From the NCBI GenBank assembly GCA_022822905.1, contig JAJDYE010000008.1:32846-96845 (forward strand): 64,000 nucleotides of DNA. The letters run 5' to 3'. The DNA comes from Acidimicrobiia bacterium (GTDB lineage: Bacteria > Actinomycetota > Acidimicrobiia > Acidimicrobiales > Bin134). Below, one piece after another: positions 38,695 through 48,139 of this stretch (position 1 is the first letter of the stretch; each line of letters opens with the position of its first letter). The translations under genes were made by a program, and so were the position numbers. Below the pieces are notes generated by a model. The model was given only the letters and a program-made list of their open reading frames with translations, was not told the DNA's origin and did no database searches.

Positions 38695-40218
38695 ATGGCG
38701 GTTCCCAAGATCTGCGGCATCGAGACCGAGTTCGGGATCGTGCACACCGGCACCGACGACGCCAATCCGATAGCGGCTTCATCCCTGCTTATCAACTCCT
38801 ATCTGTCTGAAGTTGAGCGCACGGGGGAGGGTGGACCGGCTGCCGGAGTGACCTGGGATTTCGAGGACGAGATGCCGGGCAATGACATCCGGGGTATTGC
38901 TCCTTTGGGGTCGCTGGCCCCCGAGATCGAGACCCATTTGGTGAATGCCGTGCTTACCAACGGAGCTCGCTACTACGTGGACCATGCTCATCCCGAGTTG
39001 TCCACCCCCGAGTGCAGCAATGCCTTGGACGTGACTCGCTACGACAAGGCCGCCGAACTGATTCTCAGGCGCTCCATGGAAGCGGCCGCCCAGATACTGC
39101 CCCCGGGCCAAGAGCTCGTGGTGTACAAGAACAATTCCGACGGCAAGGGCAACAGCTATGGGTGCCATGAGAACTACCTCATGGCGCGCGCCACTCCTTT
39201 TTCCCAGATAGTGGTTCATGCCACCGCCCACTTGGTGACCCGCCAGATCTTCACCGGCTCGGGCAAAGTGGGCTCCGAGGCACCTGGTCTGACTACCGAA
39301 GACGTTCCGTTCCAGATCACCCAGCGGGCCGATTTCTTTGAGGAGGAGGTGGGGCTGGAAACCACCCTCAAACGCCCCATCATCAACACCCGGGACGAGC
39401 CTCACGCCGATGCCCGGCACTATCGCCGCCTTCACGTGATCGCCGGTGACGCCAACATGTCGGAGGTGGCGACCTTCCTCAAGGTGGGAACCACTGCCAT
39501 TGTCCTGGCCATGGTGGAGGACAACATCCTGCCCCGGGAGTTCCGCTTTCGAATGCCAGTGCTCGCTATGCGGCAGGTGTCCTACGACCTGAGCCTGGCC
39601 AAACCCCTGGAGCTGGCCGATGGAACTTCTGCCACTGCGCTTGAGATCCAGTGGGACCTGTTGGACCAGGCCCGAAAATATGCCGACAGCCATGGGCTCG
39701 ACGCAGTGGGCGGCTCTGTGGGCGAGATGGTTATCGACCGGTGGGAGCAGGTCTTGGCCGGTCTGGAAGCTGATCCCGCAACCCTGGCCGGCCAGCTTGA
39801 CTGGGTGGCGAAGTATCGGCTGATCCAGGGCTTGGCCCAGCGCCACGACCTGCGCTCTGACGATGCCCGGTTGGCCGCACTCGATCTCCAGTACCACGAC
39901 TTGCGGCCCGAGCGGTCGGTTGCGGCCAGGGCGGGGTTGGAATCGTTGATCTCCGCCGACGGCGCGCAAGCAGCCATCACCGAGCCGCCATTGGACACTC
40001 GGGCCTTTTTTCGAGGTCAGTGCCTCAAACGATGGGCCTCCAGCATTGTGGCCGCCAACTGGGACTCGATCGTGTTCGATGTGGGCGACGAGCCGTTGCG
40101 GCGGGTGCCCATGATGGAGCCCTCCCGGGGAACCGCAGACCATGTCGGTCAACTCTTGGCTGACTGCGACACCGCTGCTGATCTGTTGAATCGGCTGAGA
40201 GAATCAGGCACCCGCTGA
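38695..40218 (+). CDS. dop: Pup deamidase/depupylase
   Basis: KICGIETEFG start and Dop/PafA carboxylate-amine ligase fold ([21 protein letters not shown]). Located between mpa and pup. Confidence 0.93.
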   Translation: MAVPKICGIETEFGIVHTGTDDANPIAASSLLINSYLSEVERTGEGGPAAGVTWDFEDEMPGNDIRGIAPLGSLAPEIETHLVNAVLTNGARYYVDHAHPELSTPECSNALDVTRYDKAAELILRRSMEAAAQILPPGQELVVYKNNSDGKGNSYGCHENYLMARATPFSQIVVHATAHLVTRQIFTGSGKVGSEAPGLTTEDVPFQITQRADFFEEEVGLETTLKRPIINTRDEPHADARHYRRLHVIAGDANMSEVATFLKVGTTAIVLAMVEDNILPREFRFRMPVLAMRQVSYDLSLAKPLELADGTSATALEIQWDLLDQARKYADSHGLDAVGGSVGEMVIDRWEQVLAGLEADPATLAGQLDWVAKYRLIQGLAQRHDLRSDDARLAALDLQYHDLRPERSVAARAGLESLISADGAQAAITEPPLDTRAFFRGQCLKRWASSIVAANWDSIVFDVGDEPLRRVPMMEPSRGTADHVGQLLADCDTAADLLNRLRESGTR

Positions 40219-40297
40219 AGCGCCACCGCGAATTGCCCTCACCTCGGTGTGGGCGCGATATCGTGATCCACACGAACTCGGGCATGAGGGGAATGAG

Positions 40298-40492
40298 ATG
40301 GCGGAAAGAGAGCAGATCAAGAAACCGGCGCCTCAACGCGAGCAGACTGAAGTTGAAGACGCTCCGGCGGCCTCGGAACAAGTCGAGGAGTTGAAGGCCG
40401 AACTCGACGACCTGCTGGATGAGATCGACGAGGTGCTGGAGACCAATGCCGAGGACTTCGTGAAGTCATATATCCAGAAGGGCGGGCAGTAG
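40298..40492 (+). CDS. pup: Prokaryotic ubiquitin-like protein
   Basis: 64 aa, acidic, with LDDLLDEIDEVLE..NAEDFV..YIQKGGQ and a C-terminal GGQ. Confidence 0.93.
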   Translation: MAEREQIKKPAPQREQTEVEDAPAASEQVEELKAELDDLLDEIDEVLETNAEDFVKSYIQKGGQ

Positions 40493-40557
40493 CCCTTTGT
40501 GGCAGTCGTTCGTTTGGACCGGCGCGGTTCAGACCTCATCGCGGTAGTCTGCCAATT

Positions 40558-41358
40558 GTGACGTTGCCCCTATTTGAAGCCGGGGGCGACCCGGGCCCCA
40601 ACTTTGCGGCTTTGCTTCGCTCCACCGGGTTGGCGCCGCCCGATCCCGACGTCCCGGCTGCCGATCTGGCTATAACTCATGCCACCACCGTGGTCGCCAT
40701 TCGCTGCCAGCAGGGAGTGGTGATGGCGGGGGACCGTCGAGCCACGGCCGGGCACCTCATCAGCCATCGCACGATTGAGAAGGTTTTCCCCGCCGACCGG
40801 CATTCCGGGGTGGCTATCGCCGGAGCTGCCGGGCCGGCCATGGAGATGGTTCGGCTGTTCCAGTTGCAGCTTGAGCACTATGAGAAGGTGGAGGGCAAGG
40901 GTCTCAGCCTGGACGGAAAGGCCAATCAGCTGGGCATGATGGTTCGGAACAACTTGCCCGCGGCCATGCAGGGGTTTGCCGTGGTCCCGCTGTTTGCCGG
41001 CTACGACACAACTCGAGAAGTCGGTCGGCTGTTCCAGTACGACGTGACCGGAGGCCGCTACGAAGAGCGGGAATACGCGGTGGGGGGTTCCGGAAGCCTG
41101 CATGCGGGAACGGTGATCAAATTGGGCTACCGACCTGGCGCTGATGCCGATGAGATGATTGATTTGACGGTGTCGGCCCTGTTCCGCACCGCAGAGGAGG
41201 ACTCCGCCACTGGCGGTCCCGATTTGGTGCGGGGCATATACCCGGTGGTGGCGGTTATCGGTGCCGATGGGTTCGAGCGAGTGGCCGATGCCGATGTGGA
41301 GGCACGGTTCCGGGATCTCCTGGCCAGTTTGGAGAGCCGGGGGGGTGATTTCGAATGA
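40558..41358 (+). CDS. prcB: 20S proteasome beta subunit
   Basis: Propeptide followed by the catalytic Thr (ITHA/TTVVAIR..GVVMAGDRRAT). Confidence 0.93.
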   Translation: MTLPLFEAGGDPGPNFAALLRSTGLAPPDPDVPAADLAITHATTVVAIRCQQGVVMAGDRRATAGHLISHRTIEKVFPADRHSGVAIAGAAGPAMEMVRLFQLQLEHYEKVEGKGLSLDGKANQLGMMVRNNLPAAMQGFAVVPLFAGYDTTREVGRLFQYDVTGGRYEEREYAVGGSGSLHAGTVIKLGYRPGADADEMIDLTVSALFRTAEEDSATGGPDLVRGIYPVVAVIGADGFERVADADVEARFRDLLASLESRGGDFE

Positions 41359-42032
41359 CCATGCCCTTCTACGTCGCGCCCGAGCAACTGATGAAGGATC
41401 GGGCTGACTTTGCCCGCAAGGGAATCGCCCGAGGTCGGGCCCTGACTGCGCTCAGCATCAGCAACGGCATTTTGATCTGCGCGGAGAATCGGTCGAACAC
41501 GTTGCGCAAGGTGAGCGAGATCTACGATCGGATCGCATTCGCCGGTGTCGGCCGCTACAACGAGTTTGATCAGCTCCGTATCGCCGGCGTGCGCCATGCC
41601 GACCTCAAGGGTTACACCTACAGCCGCGACGACGTGGACGCCCGGAGTCTGGCCAATCAATACGCCCAAGTTCTAGGCCAGACCTTCACCCATGAGATGA
41701 AGCCGATGGAGGTGGAAATACTGGTGGCTGAAGTGGCTTCTGATCCCGGTGGCGATCAGATGTTCCACGTGCTCTACGACGGCACTGTCAACGATGAGTC
41801 CGGCTACACCGTGTTGGGGGGAGAGGCCGACTCCATTGCCGAGCAATTGGGTCAGACCTACGACGGTGAATGGGAAGTGGGCGATGCCGTCAAGGCCTCC
41901 TCGGCCGCGCTGAGCGGTCAGGAGCGCACACTGGAAGCCGACGACCTCGAGGTGGCTCTCTTGGTTCGGGAGACCGGTCGGAGGGCGTTCCAGAGGATCG
42001 AGGGCGACGAACTGGCTGAGTTGTTGATCTGA
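41355..42032 (+). CDS. prcA: 20S proteasome alpha subunit
   Basis: [25 protein letters not shown] start. ATGA overlap with prcB. Confidence 0.93.
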   Translation: MTMPFYVAPEQLMKDRADFARKGIARGRALTALSISNGILICAENRSNTLRKVSEIYDRIAFAGVGRYNEFDQLRIAGVRHADLKGYTYSRDDVDARSLANQYAQVLGQTFTHEMKPMEVEILVAEVASDPGGDQMFHVLYDGTVNDESGYTVLGGEADSIAEQLGQTYDGEWEVGDAVKASSAALSGQERTLEADDLEVALLVRETGRRAFQRIEGDELAELLI

Positions 42033-42067
42033 TGAACCGGCGGGATCTCGGGATCGAGAACGGGTAG
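42032..42067 (+). other. 11-codon bridging mini-ORF ([11 protein letters not shown]), a decayed copy of the pafA 5' end
   Basis: ATG 42032 overlaps the prcA stop (42030-42032). TAG at 42065-42067 is 2 nt before pafA ATG 42070. The peptide resembles Paf[14 protein letters not shown]. Confidence 0.5.
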
Positions 42068-42069
42068 GC

Positions 42070-43428
42070 ATGGAGCGGCGCATCTTCGGGATAGAGAATG
42101 AGTACGGCGTTACCTGCGCGCTGCGTGGACATCGCCGGCTCAGCCCCGATGAGGTGGCCCGCTATCTGTTCCGCCGGGTTGTGTCATGGGGCCGTAGCAG
42201 CAATGTCTTTCTGGTCAATGGTGCCCGGCTCTACCTCGATGTGGGTTCGCACCCCGAGTACGCCACCCCAGAGTGCGACTCTGTCTACGACTTGGTGGCC
42301 CATGACAAGGCCGGCGAGCGGATTCTGGAAACGCTTATTGAGAGCGCCGAGCAGCGGTTGCGGGAAGAAGGGATCCAGGGGGACATCTACCTGTTCAAGA
42401 ACAACACCGATTCGGCGGGGAACAGTTACGGTTGCCACGAGAACTACCTGACGAGTCGGCGCGACGACTTCTCCGAGTACGCGGAGGTCCTGATTCCGTT
42501 CCTGGTCAGCCGCCAGATCTATGCCGGGGCGGGCAAGGTGCTCCAGACGGCTCGCGGGGCCACCTACTGCATGAGCCAAAGAGCCGAGCACATCTGGGAG
42601 GGGGTTTCCAGCGCAACCACCCGTTCTCGGCCGATCATCAACACCCGCGATGAGCCCCACGCCGACGCTGAGCGGTATCGAAGGCTGCACGTGATCGTGG
42701 GCGATTCCAATATGAGCGAATACGCCACTTTCTTGAAAACAGGAGCGACCAGCATCCTGCTTCGGATGTTGGAAGACCCATCGGTAGCGTTGAGAGACAT
42801 GACCTTGGACAACCCGATCCGGGCTATCCGAGAGATCAGCCATGACCCCACCTGCACTCGGCGGATACGCCTAGCCAGCGGCCGCGAGGTCAGCGCACTG
42901 GAGATCCAGTCTGAGTACCTCGACCGGGCGCTCAAGTACGCCGACAGTCGGGAGCTGGAGCCCCAAGAGAAGCAGGCCCTTCAGATGTGGGAGCATTGCC
43001 TGGTCCAGATCGCCAAGGATCCCCTCGGTTTGACCCGGGAATGCGATTGGGTGATGAAGTACCACCTAATCGAGGCCTACCGTGAACGCCACGACCTTGG
43101 TCTCGGCGACTCCCGGGTGGCCTTGCTAGATCTTCAGTACCACGACGTGAACCGCTCGCGCAGCTTGTTCTACCGGATGCAGAATCGGGGCTTGGCCGAG
43201 CGGATGTGCGTCGACGACGAGATCAGCCATGCGGTCGAGCACCCGCCCGCCACTACTAGGGCCCGACTCCGGGGAGAGTTCATTCGTCGGGCAAAGGAGC
43301 GCAAGCGGGACTACACCGTGGACTGGGTGCATCTGAAGTTGAACGACCAAGCCCAGCGGACCGTACTCTGCAAAGACCCGTTCCGAGCCCATGACGAGCG
43401 GGTGGAAAAGCTGATCGAATCCTTGTGA
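42070..43428 (+). CDS. pafA: Pup--protein ligase
   Basis: [28 protein letters not shown] and NSYGCHENY motifs; 452 aa. Confidence 0.95.
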   Translation: MERRIFGIENEYGVTCALRGHRRLSPDEVARYLFRRVVSWGRSSNVFLVNGARLYLDVGSHPEYATPECDSVYDLVAHDKAGERILETLIESAEQRLREEGIQGDIYLFKNNTDSAGNSYGCHENYLTSRRDDFSEYAEVLIPFLVSRQIYAGAGKVLQTARGATYCMSQRAEHIWEGVSSATTRSRPIINTRDEPHADAERYRRLHVIVGDSNMSEYATFLKTGATSILLRMLEDPSVALRDMTLDNPIRAIREISHDPTCTRRIRLASGREVSALEIQSEYLDRALKYADSRELEPQEKQALQMWEHCLVQIAKDPLGLTRECDWVMKYHLIEAYRERHDLGLGDSRVALLDLQYHDVNRSRSLFYRMQNRGLAERMCVDDEISHAVEHPPATTRARLRGEFIRRAKERKRDYTVDWVHLKLNDQAQRTVLCKDPFRAHDERVEKLIESL

Positions 43429-43460
43429 TGTCCGGGCGCAAGCCAGAGCAGGGGCGCTGA
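43428..43460 (+). other. 10-codon bridging mini-ORF ([10 protein letters not shown]), a decayed copy of the pafB 5' end
   Basis: ATG 43428 overlaps the pafA stop (TGATG). TGA 43458-43460 overlaps pafB ATG 43460 (TGATG). It shares aagccagagcagg with pafB codons 8-12. Confidence 0.5.
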
Positions 43461-44425
43461 TGGTTGCCGGGTCGAGACGAAAGCCAGAGCAGGTAAGGCT
43501 GGAGCGCCTGCTTCGACTCATAGCCGCACTGATCGAGACTCCCCGCTTTTTGTCCATTGAAGAGTTGCTGGAAAGGGTTGGGACTTCCCGAGGAGACGAT
43601 TCGGCTGGCTACCCCGAAAACGGAGCCGCCGCCAAGAGGGCCTTCCACCGGGATATGAACCAGTTGGCCGATGCCGGCATACCGGTTATCGCCGGACCAG
43701 TACCCGGCCAAGAACGGGAGACCTGGGGGTACCGGATCCGCAAGCAGGACTACTCACTGCCAGAGATGGACTTTGAGGCCGACGAGCTCGCCGCCTTGCA
43801 CCGGGCTGCCACTGCGGTCCGTTTCGACGGGGTCTCAGGCACCGAGGCCCTGTGGAAGCTGGGCGGCCGGGTGGGGGAGGGGACCGAGGCTGAGTTGGCC
43901 GCGGTGCCTGTGCATCCCGCCCTGGCTGAGCTCTTCCAGGCAGTCACCGAACAGCGGGTGGCCGAGTTCACCTATGGCGGTCAGCCCCGCTCAGTGGAGC
44001 CTTGGACTCTGGCCTTCGACCAAGGCCACTGGTACGTGGTCGGACACGACCGAGGGCGGGAGGACAAGCGCACCTTCCGGGTGGACCGGATTGAAGGCGA
44101 TATGTCTCTGGGATCGCCAGGCGGCTTTCAGCAGCGGGAGGGAACCACAGGCTGGGCGCCATTCCAGCCCTGGAAGTTCGGAAGCGGCCCGGCTGTCACC
44201 GCCCGATTGAAGGTTGACCCCGATCAGGCGGTTTGGGCTGCTCGGCGGCTCGGCCAAGAGCCCTCGGAGAGGGGTTCCGACGGCTCGGCTGTGTTCGAGG
44301 TAGTAGTTCGAAGCCCAGACGCCTTCCGATCCCTGGTTTTGGAGTTCCTTGAACATGCCGAAGTGCTCGGACCTCCTGAACTGCGCACTGACATGGTGGC
44401 TTGGCTCGAAAGACTGAGCCGATGA
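43460..44425 (+). CDS. pafB: HTH/WYL-domain transcriptional regulator PafB
   Basis: N-terminal wHTH (RLLRLIAALIETPRFLSIEELLERV), WYL-like core (HWYVVGHD) and a position directly after pafA. Confidence 0.85.
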   Translation: MVAGSRRKPEQVRLERLLRLIAALIETPRFLSIEELLERVGTSRGDDSAGYPENGAAAKRAFHRDMNQLADAGIPVIAGPVPGQERETWGYRIRKQDYSLPEMDFEADELAALHRAATAVRFDGVSGTEALWKLGGRVGEGTEAELAAVPVHPALAELFQAVTEQRVAEFTYGGQPRSVEPWTLAFDQGHWYVVGHDRGREDKRTFRVDRIEGDMSLGSPGGFQQREGTTGWAPFQPWKFGSGPAVTARLKVDPDQAVWAARRLGQEPSERGSDGSAVFEVVVRSPDAFRSLVLEFLEHAEVLGPPELRTDMVAWLERLSR

Positions 44426-45378
44426 GCCGGTTGAGCGCTGGTGACCGTCTGCGGAGGATGCTGGAACTGGTTCCGTGGGTGATGTCCCAAGGTGGCGCCG
44501 AGCTGAGCGAGGTGTCCCAGCGCTTCGACTACCCGGAGACAGAGCTGCGGGAAGACTTGGTGAAAGTGCTGTTTGTGGTTGGGCTGCACCCGTTCACGCC
44601 AGACGAGCTGATATACGTGATGGGTCTGGATGAAGATGACAACGGCGGTTGGGTGGCGATCAGCAACGCCGACTATTTCTCCCGGCCACTCCGGCTCACC
44701 CCTGGCCAAGCGCTGGGTCTTATTGGGGCTGGGGAGGCTCTGTTGTCTGGTGCTGACCCTGAAGGCCCCTTGAGCCGGGGATTGGCCAAGTTGGCCGATG
44801 GGCTTGGAGTGAGTATGGGCGAGGACCTCGCGGTCAGCCTGGGAGAGCTGGCCGATGAATGGGTCGAGCCTCTGTTGGCCGCGGTTGCTGGTTGCCGCCA
44901 AGTAAGGGTCCGCTACTTCAGCTTCGGAAGAGGCCAGGAATCCGATCGCGTTATTCATCCATTCCGAGTTTTCTCAGATATGGGCAACTGGTATGTGCAG
45001 GGCCACTGTCAGCAAGCCGAAGGGGTGCGGGTATTCCGAATTGATCGGATCAGATCGCTAGAACTGTTGGAGGCGCGGTTCGACCCGCCCGACGAGGCCA
45101 GCGCACCCTCAGCCTTCGAGGCCCGCGAAACCGACCCCCGGGTTGTGCTGCGGCTATCGCCAGGGGCTTCTTGGGCCATTGAGAAGTACCCCACCGAAGA
45201 CCAGGTGGTTCTAAGCAGCGGGGAGGTCGACGCCACCATGCCCGTGAGCCATGTCAGCAGGCTCGAGCGGCTGTTGCTCCAGCTAGGACCTCAGGCTGAG
45301 CTACGGCGCGCCGACCCACCGGTGGTTCCGGATCAGGCTCGTCTCGCCGCCCAGCGGGTACTGGCCCGGTACCAGTAG
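44422..45378 (+). CDS. pafC: HTH/WYL-domain transcriptional regulator PafC
   Basis: Paralog of pafB (RLRRMLELVPWV, NWYVQGH). ATGA overlap with pafB. Confidence 0.85.
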   Translation: MSRLSAGDRLRRMLELVPWVMSQGGAELSEVSQRFDYPETELREDLVKVLFVVGLHPFTPDELIYVMGLDEDDNGGWVAISNADYFSRPLRLTPGQALGLIGAGEALLSGADPEGPLSRGLAKLADGLGVSMGEDLAVSLGELADEWVEPLLAAVAGCRQVRVRYFSFGRGQESDRVIHPFRVFSDMGNWYVQGHCQQAEGVRVFRIDRIRSLELLEARFDPPDEASAPSAFEARETDPRVVLRLSPGASWAIEKYPTEDQVVLSSGEVDATMPVSHVSRLERLLLQLGPQAELRRADPPVVPDQARLAAQRVLARYQ

Positions 45379-45392
45379 GGGTATTCAACGCC

Positions 45393-46082
45393 GTGAACAT
45401 CGATCAGCCTGACCAGCAAGCAGGCCCGGTAGCTGCGTCAGCTTCGCAGGACCAGCATGCCGATCAGCCGGTATTCGCGCCGACTCCCGAGGACGGTGGG
45501 GAGAGCGGAGCAGACGGCAAACGGAATAAGTCCACTGCCCGGGTCGTCGCCGAGTGGGTTCTGGTGTTGGCTGGGGCCCTGGTGTTGGCCCTAGTGCTGC
45601 GCTCGGTGCTGTTCCAGGCCTACTACATCCGGTTCACTTCCATGGAGCCCACACTGGGCAACGGCGACCGGGTCTTGGTGAACAAGCTGGGCTATGACCT
45701 CAACGATGTGAATCGCGGGGACCTTGTGGTGTTTGAGCGGCCTTCGGGAGTCAGCGGCCGACAAGAGGATGACCTCATCAAACGGGTCATCGCCCTGCCT
45801 GGTGAGGTGATCAAGTTTGTCGAGGGAAATGTCTATATCGATGGCCGACGGCTCCACGAGCCCTATCTTGAATCATCCGGCATCACGACGGGCAGGATGC
45901 CTTCAGGATGCGAGCGCATTGTGGACGGGGGCTGTTTGATCGGGGAGGGGAAGGTATTCGTCATGGGTGACAACCGGGCAAACTCCACCGACAGTCGGGC
46001 CTTCGGTCCCATCCCCGAGAACTTGATCGTGGGACACGCCTTCTTGCGGCTTTGGCCGGTGACGGATTTCGGTCGCCTCTAA
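45393..46082 (+). CDS. lepB: Signal peptidase I
   Basis: SMEPTL (catalytic Ser), GDLVVF, KRVIALPGE and GDNRANSTDSR boxes. Confidence 0.9.
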   Translation: MNIDQPDQQAGPVAASASQDQHADQPVFAPTPEDGGESGADGKRNKSTARVVAEWVLVLAGALVLALVLRSVLFQAYYIRFTSMEPTLGNGDRVLVNKLGYDLNDVNRGDLVVFERPSGVSGRQEDDLIKRVIALPGEVIKFVEGNVYIDGRRLHEPYLESSGITTGRMPSGCERIVDGGCLIGEGKVFVMGDNRANSTDSRAFGPIPENLIVGHAFLRLWPVTDFGRL

Positions 46083-46089
46083 TTCTCGC

Positions 46090-46941
46090 TCAACGGTCGT
46101 AGGGATTCTGGCCGTGGCCGTGGTCGTTGAAGACGTGGATTACTCCATCGGTGTGGTCGTCGTGCTCGCCGTGGAATACGCAATCGTCCTTATCGCCGTG
46201 GGCCATGCGAAGGCCGAAGGCCTCTTGCAAGTTCTTGTTGGTCAGAACCTCACCGGGCGGGCCCAAAGCGACTATCCGGGTGGCCAAGAGAATCACCTGG
46301 TCGCAAAGTTCGGCCTCGTCCATGTGATGGGTGGAGATAACCACGATTCGACCCCGCCTGCGTTCCTCATCGACGATGCGAAGGATCGTCTCTTGGCTGG
46401 GGATATCCAAGCCGGTAATGGGCTCGTCCATCAACAGCACGTCGGCGCCGTGGGCCAAGGCCTGGGCCACCATTACCCGCTGGCGCTGGCCTCCCGACAG
46501 CTCTCCGAACTGGCGATTGCCCAAGTCGGATACTTCGAGGCGTTCGGCCGCATTCTCGATCAGTATCCGATCTGCTGCTCCCAAACGCTTGATCAAACCT
46601 CGGTCGCGGAAACGGGACATGCGCAGCACGTTGGAAACGGTCAATGGCATCCACCCCCGCTGTCCGTGGTGCTGAGCCACTAGAGCGAATATCTTCTTGG
46701 AGGGTTCTGGGCAGATGGTCCCTTGGGCTGGCGGGATGAGGCCGCACATCATTCTGAGCAGGGTGGTCTTGCCCGAGCCATTTGGCCCGATCAGAGCGGT
46801 GGACGTTCCATGCTCGAATTGGCAGGTGACGTCAGCGAGGGCGACGTGACCGTTGCCGAATTTGGCGGTGACGTCGGCGAAGGCAATGGGATCTTTGTTT
46901 TGAGCGACCAGGGCCTTGACAGATGCGGCTTGCTCGCTCAT
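46090..46941 (-). CDS. ABC transporter ATP-binding protein (metal-type) with His-rich C-terminal tail
   Basis: Walker A GPNGSGKTT, signature LSGGQRQR, Walker B LLMDEP. Tail HGDKDD..HGEHDDH..DHGHG. No permease or binding protein is adjacent. Confidence 0.85.
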   Translation of the reverse strand: MSEQAASVKALVAQNKDPIAFADVTAKFGNGHVALADVTCQFEHGTSTALIGPNGSGKTTLLRMMCGLIPPAQGTICPEPSKKIFALVAQHHGQRGWMPLTVSNVLRMSRFRDRGLIKRLGAADRILIENAAERLEVSDLGNRQFGELSGGQRQRVMVAQALAHGADVLLMDEPITGLDIPSQETILRIVDEERRRGRIVVISTHHMDEAELCDQVILLATRIVALGPPGEVLTNKNLQEAFGLRMAHGDKDDCVFHGEHDDHTDGVIHVFNDHGHGQNPYDR

Positions 46942-47684
46942 CGACCCTCAGGGTACCAGCTTGTCAGCGCCTCTCCCATGCGGTCGACGTGGTCGCTGTA
47001 TACCGCGTCGATGCCCATGTCCAGCAGCTCTCTGAGCACTCGGGGTTGCTGGGCATCCCAGCCGAAGCAGAGGATTCCAAACCGGTGGAAGAGGGTTACC
47101 AGGCCACCGGTCCAGTCGGTTTGATGGAGGTTCACCGAGTCGATGGCGGCCTCGGCCAGCACTGCGGCGCGTCGCTCCGGCCCGCCGTCCATACGACTCA
47201 GCCGGGTGGAATTGCACAGGCGCACATCGGGCCAGAGATTTCGCAGTTCGACCAGGGTGTCCACGTCGGGGTGGCACAGCCATAGCCGCTGGCGAAGTGG
47301 AAGCCCGGTGCGGGCTGCGGCCTCGTCCACACTGGCGACCACCGCGGGAGCCGCGTCAGGATCTTTCAGATCGAGGGACAGCTCGAAACCTCCGCCGCAC
47401 TTGCTATAGAGCTCGGCCAGGCTGGGAATGTGGTCGGGAAGTTCGTCTCGCCGGCAATCGGGAATGGGCCGTTTCCGCGGCCAGCGGCCCATCCGAACAA
47501 CACCGTCATGGTCAAGCACCGCCAGCCCATCGGCGGTCACCCAGGCATCGCTCTCCAAGCCGGTGGCCCCCATTTCCAATGCCCGGCTGAACGCGGCCAG
47601 CGTGTTTTCCTGTTCGTGGGCTCGAGCCCCCCGATGGGCGAATCCAATTGGGGGTATGAGAAGGGCGGGAATCCTTGGGGCCAT
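46938..47684 (-). CDS. Glycerophosphodiester phosphodiesterase family protein
   Basis: FAHRGARAHEQENTLAAF..LEMGATGLESDAW.T.DG..VLDHD. Confidence 0.8.
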   Translation of the reverse strand: MAPRIPALLIPPIGFAHRGARAHEQENTLAAFSRALEMGATGLESDAWVTADGLAVLDHDGVVRMGRWPRKRPIPDCRRDELPDHIPSLAELYSKCGGGFELSLDLKDPDAAPAVVASVDEAAARTGLPLRQRLWLCHPDVDTLVELRNLWPDVRLCNSTRLSRMDGGPERRAAVLAEAAIDSVNLHQTDWTGGLVTLFHRFGILCFGWDAQQPRVLRELLDMGIDAVYSDHVDRMGEALTSWYPEGR

Positions 47685-47692
47685 TAGTCAAA

Positions 47693-47772
47693 CCTTGAGC
47701 AGCCTCGCGGAGTATAGGTAGCGATGGTCACGCCTTGAGCAGCCCTGTAAAGGATAGGTAGCGGTAGCCTCT
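47693..47772. repeat. Imperfect 40-bp direct repeat in the divergent GDPD/tatA intergenic region
   Basis: ccttgagcagcc...ataggtagcg occurs at 47693 and 47733. Confidence 0.8.
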
Positions 47773-47776
47773 CGGT

Positions 47777-48139
47777 GTGGGCAACCTCGGATGGGCTGAG
47801 ATCGCGGTGATTGTGGTGGTGGCCCTGGTTGTGCTGGGACCAGAGAAATTGCCGGGAGCAGCTCGCCAGATCGGGAACGTCCTTCGTCAGGTCCGAAAGA
47901 TCTCCACTGGGTTTCAGCAGGAGTTGCAAAATGCCCTGGACGAGCCCATAGAGGCTGAAGCCCGCCAGCGCGGCCAGCTTGCCGTTGAACAGAGCAGGCA
48001 GGGAAGCAGTCCGGGGATGGCCGGGCACCGGGACGAGGCGGTGGCCGTTGAACAGAGCAGGCAGGGAAGCAGTCCGGGGAACGAGGAGTCGAAGACACAG
48101 ACTGAACAGACCTCCGACCCACCGCCAAGCAGCCAGTGA
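47777..48139 (+). CDS. tatA: Twin-arginine translocase TatA/TatB-family subunit
   Basis: GWAEIAVIVVVALVVLGPEKLPGAARQIG start (TM plus hinge plus amphipathic helix). Confidence 0.85.
   Translation: MGNLGWAEIAVIVVVALVVLGPEKLPGAARQIGNVLRQVRKISTGFQQELQNALDEPIEAEARQRGQLAVEQSRQGSSPGMAGHRDEAVAVEQSRQGSSPGNEESKTQTEQTSDPPPSSQ
47981..48080. repeat. In-frame 63-nt-period duplication inside tatA (37-nt perfect core)
   Basis: gccgttgaacagagcaggcagggaagcagtccgggga occurs at 47981-48017 and 48044-48080. The protein reads AVEQSRQGSSPG twice. Confidence 0.95.
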
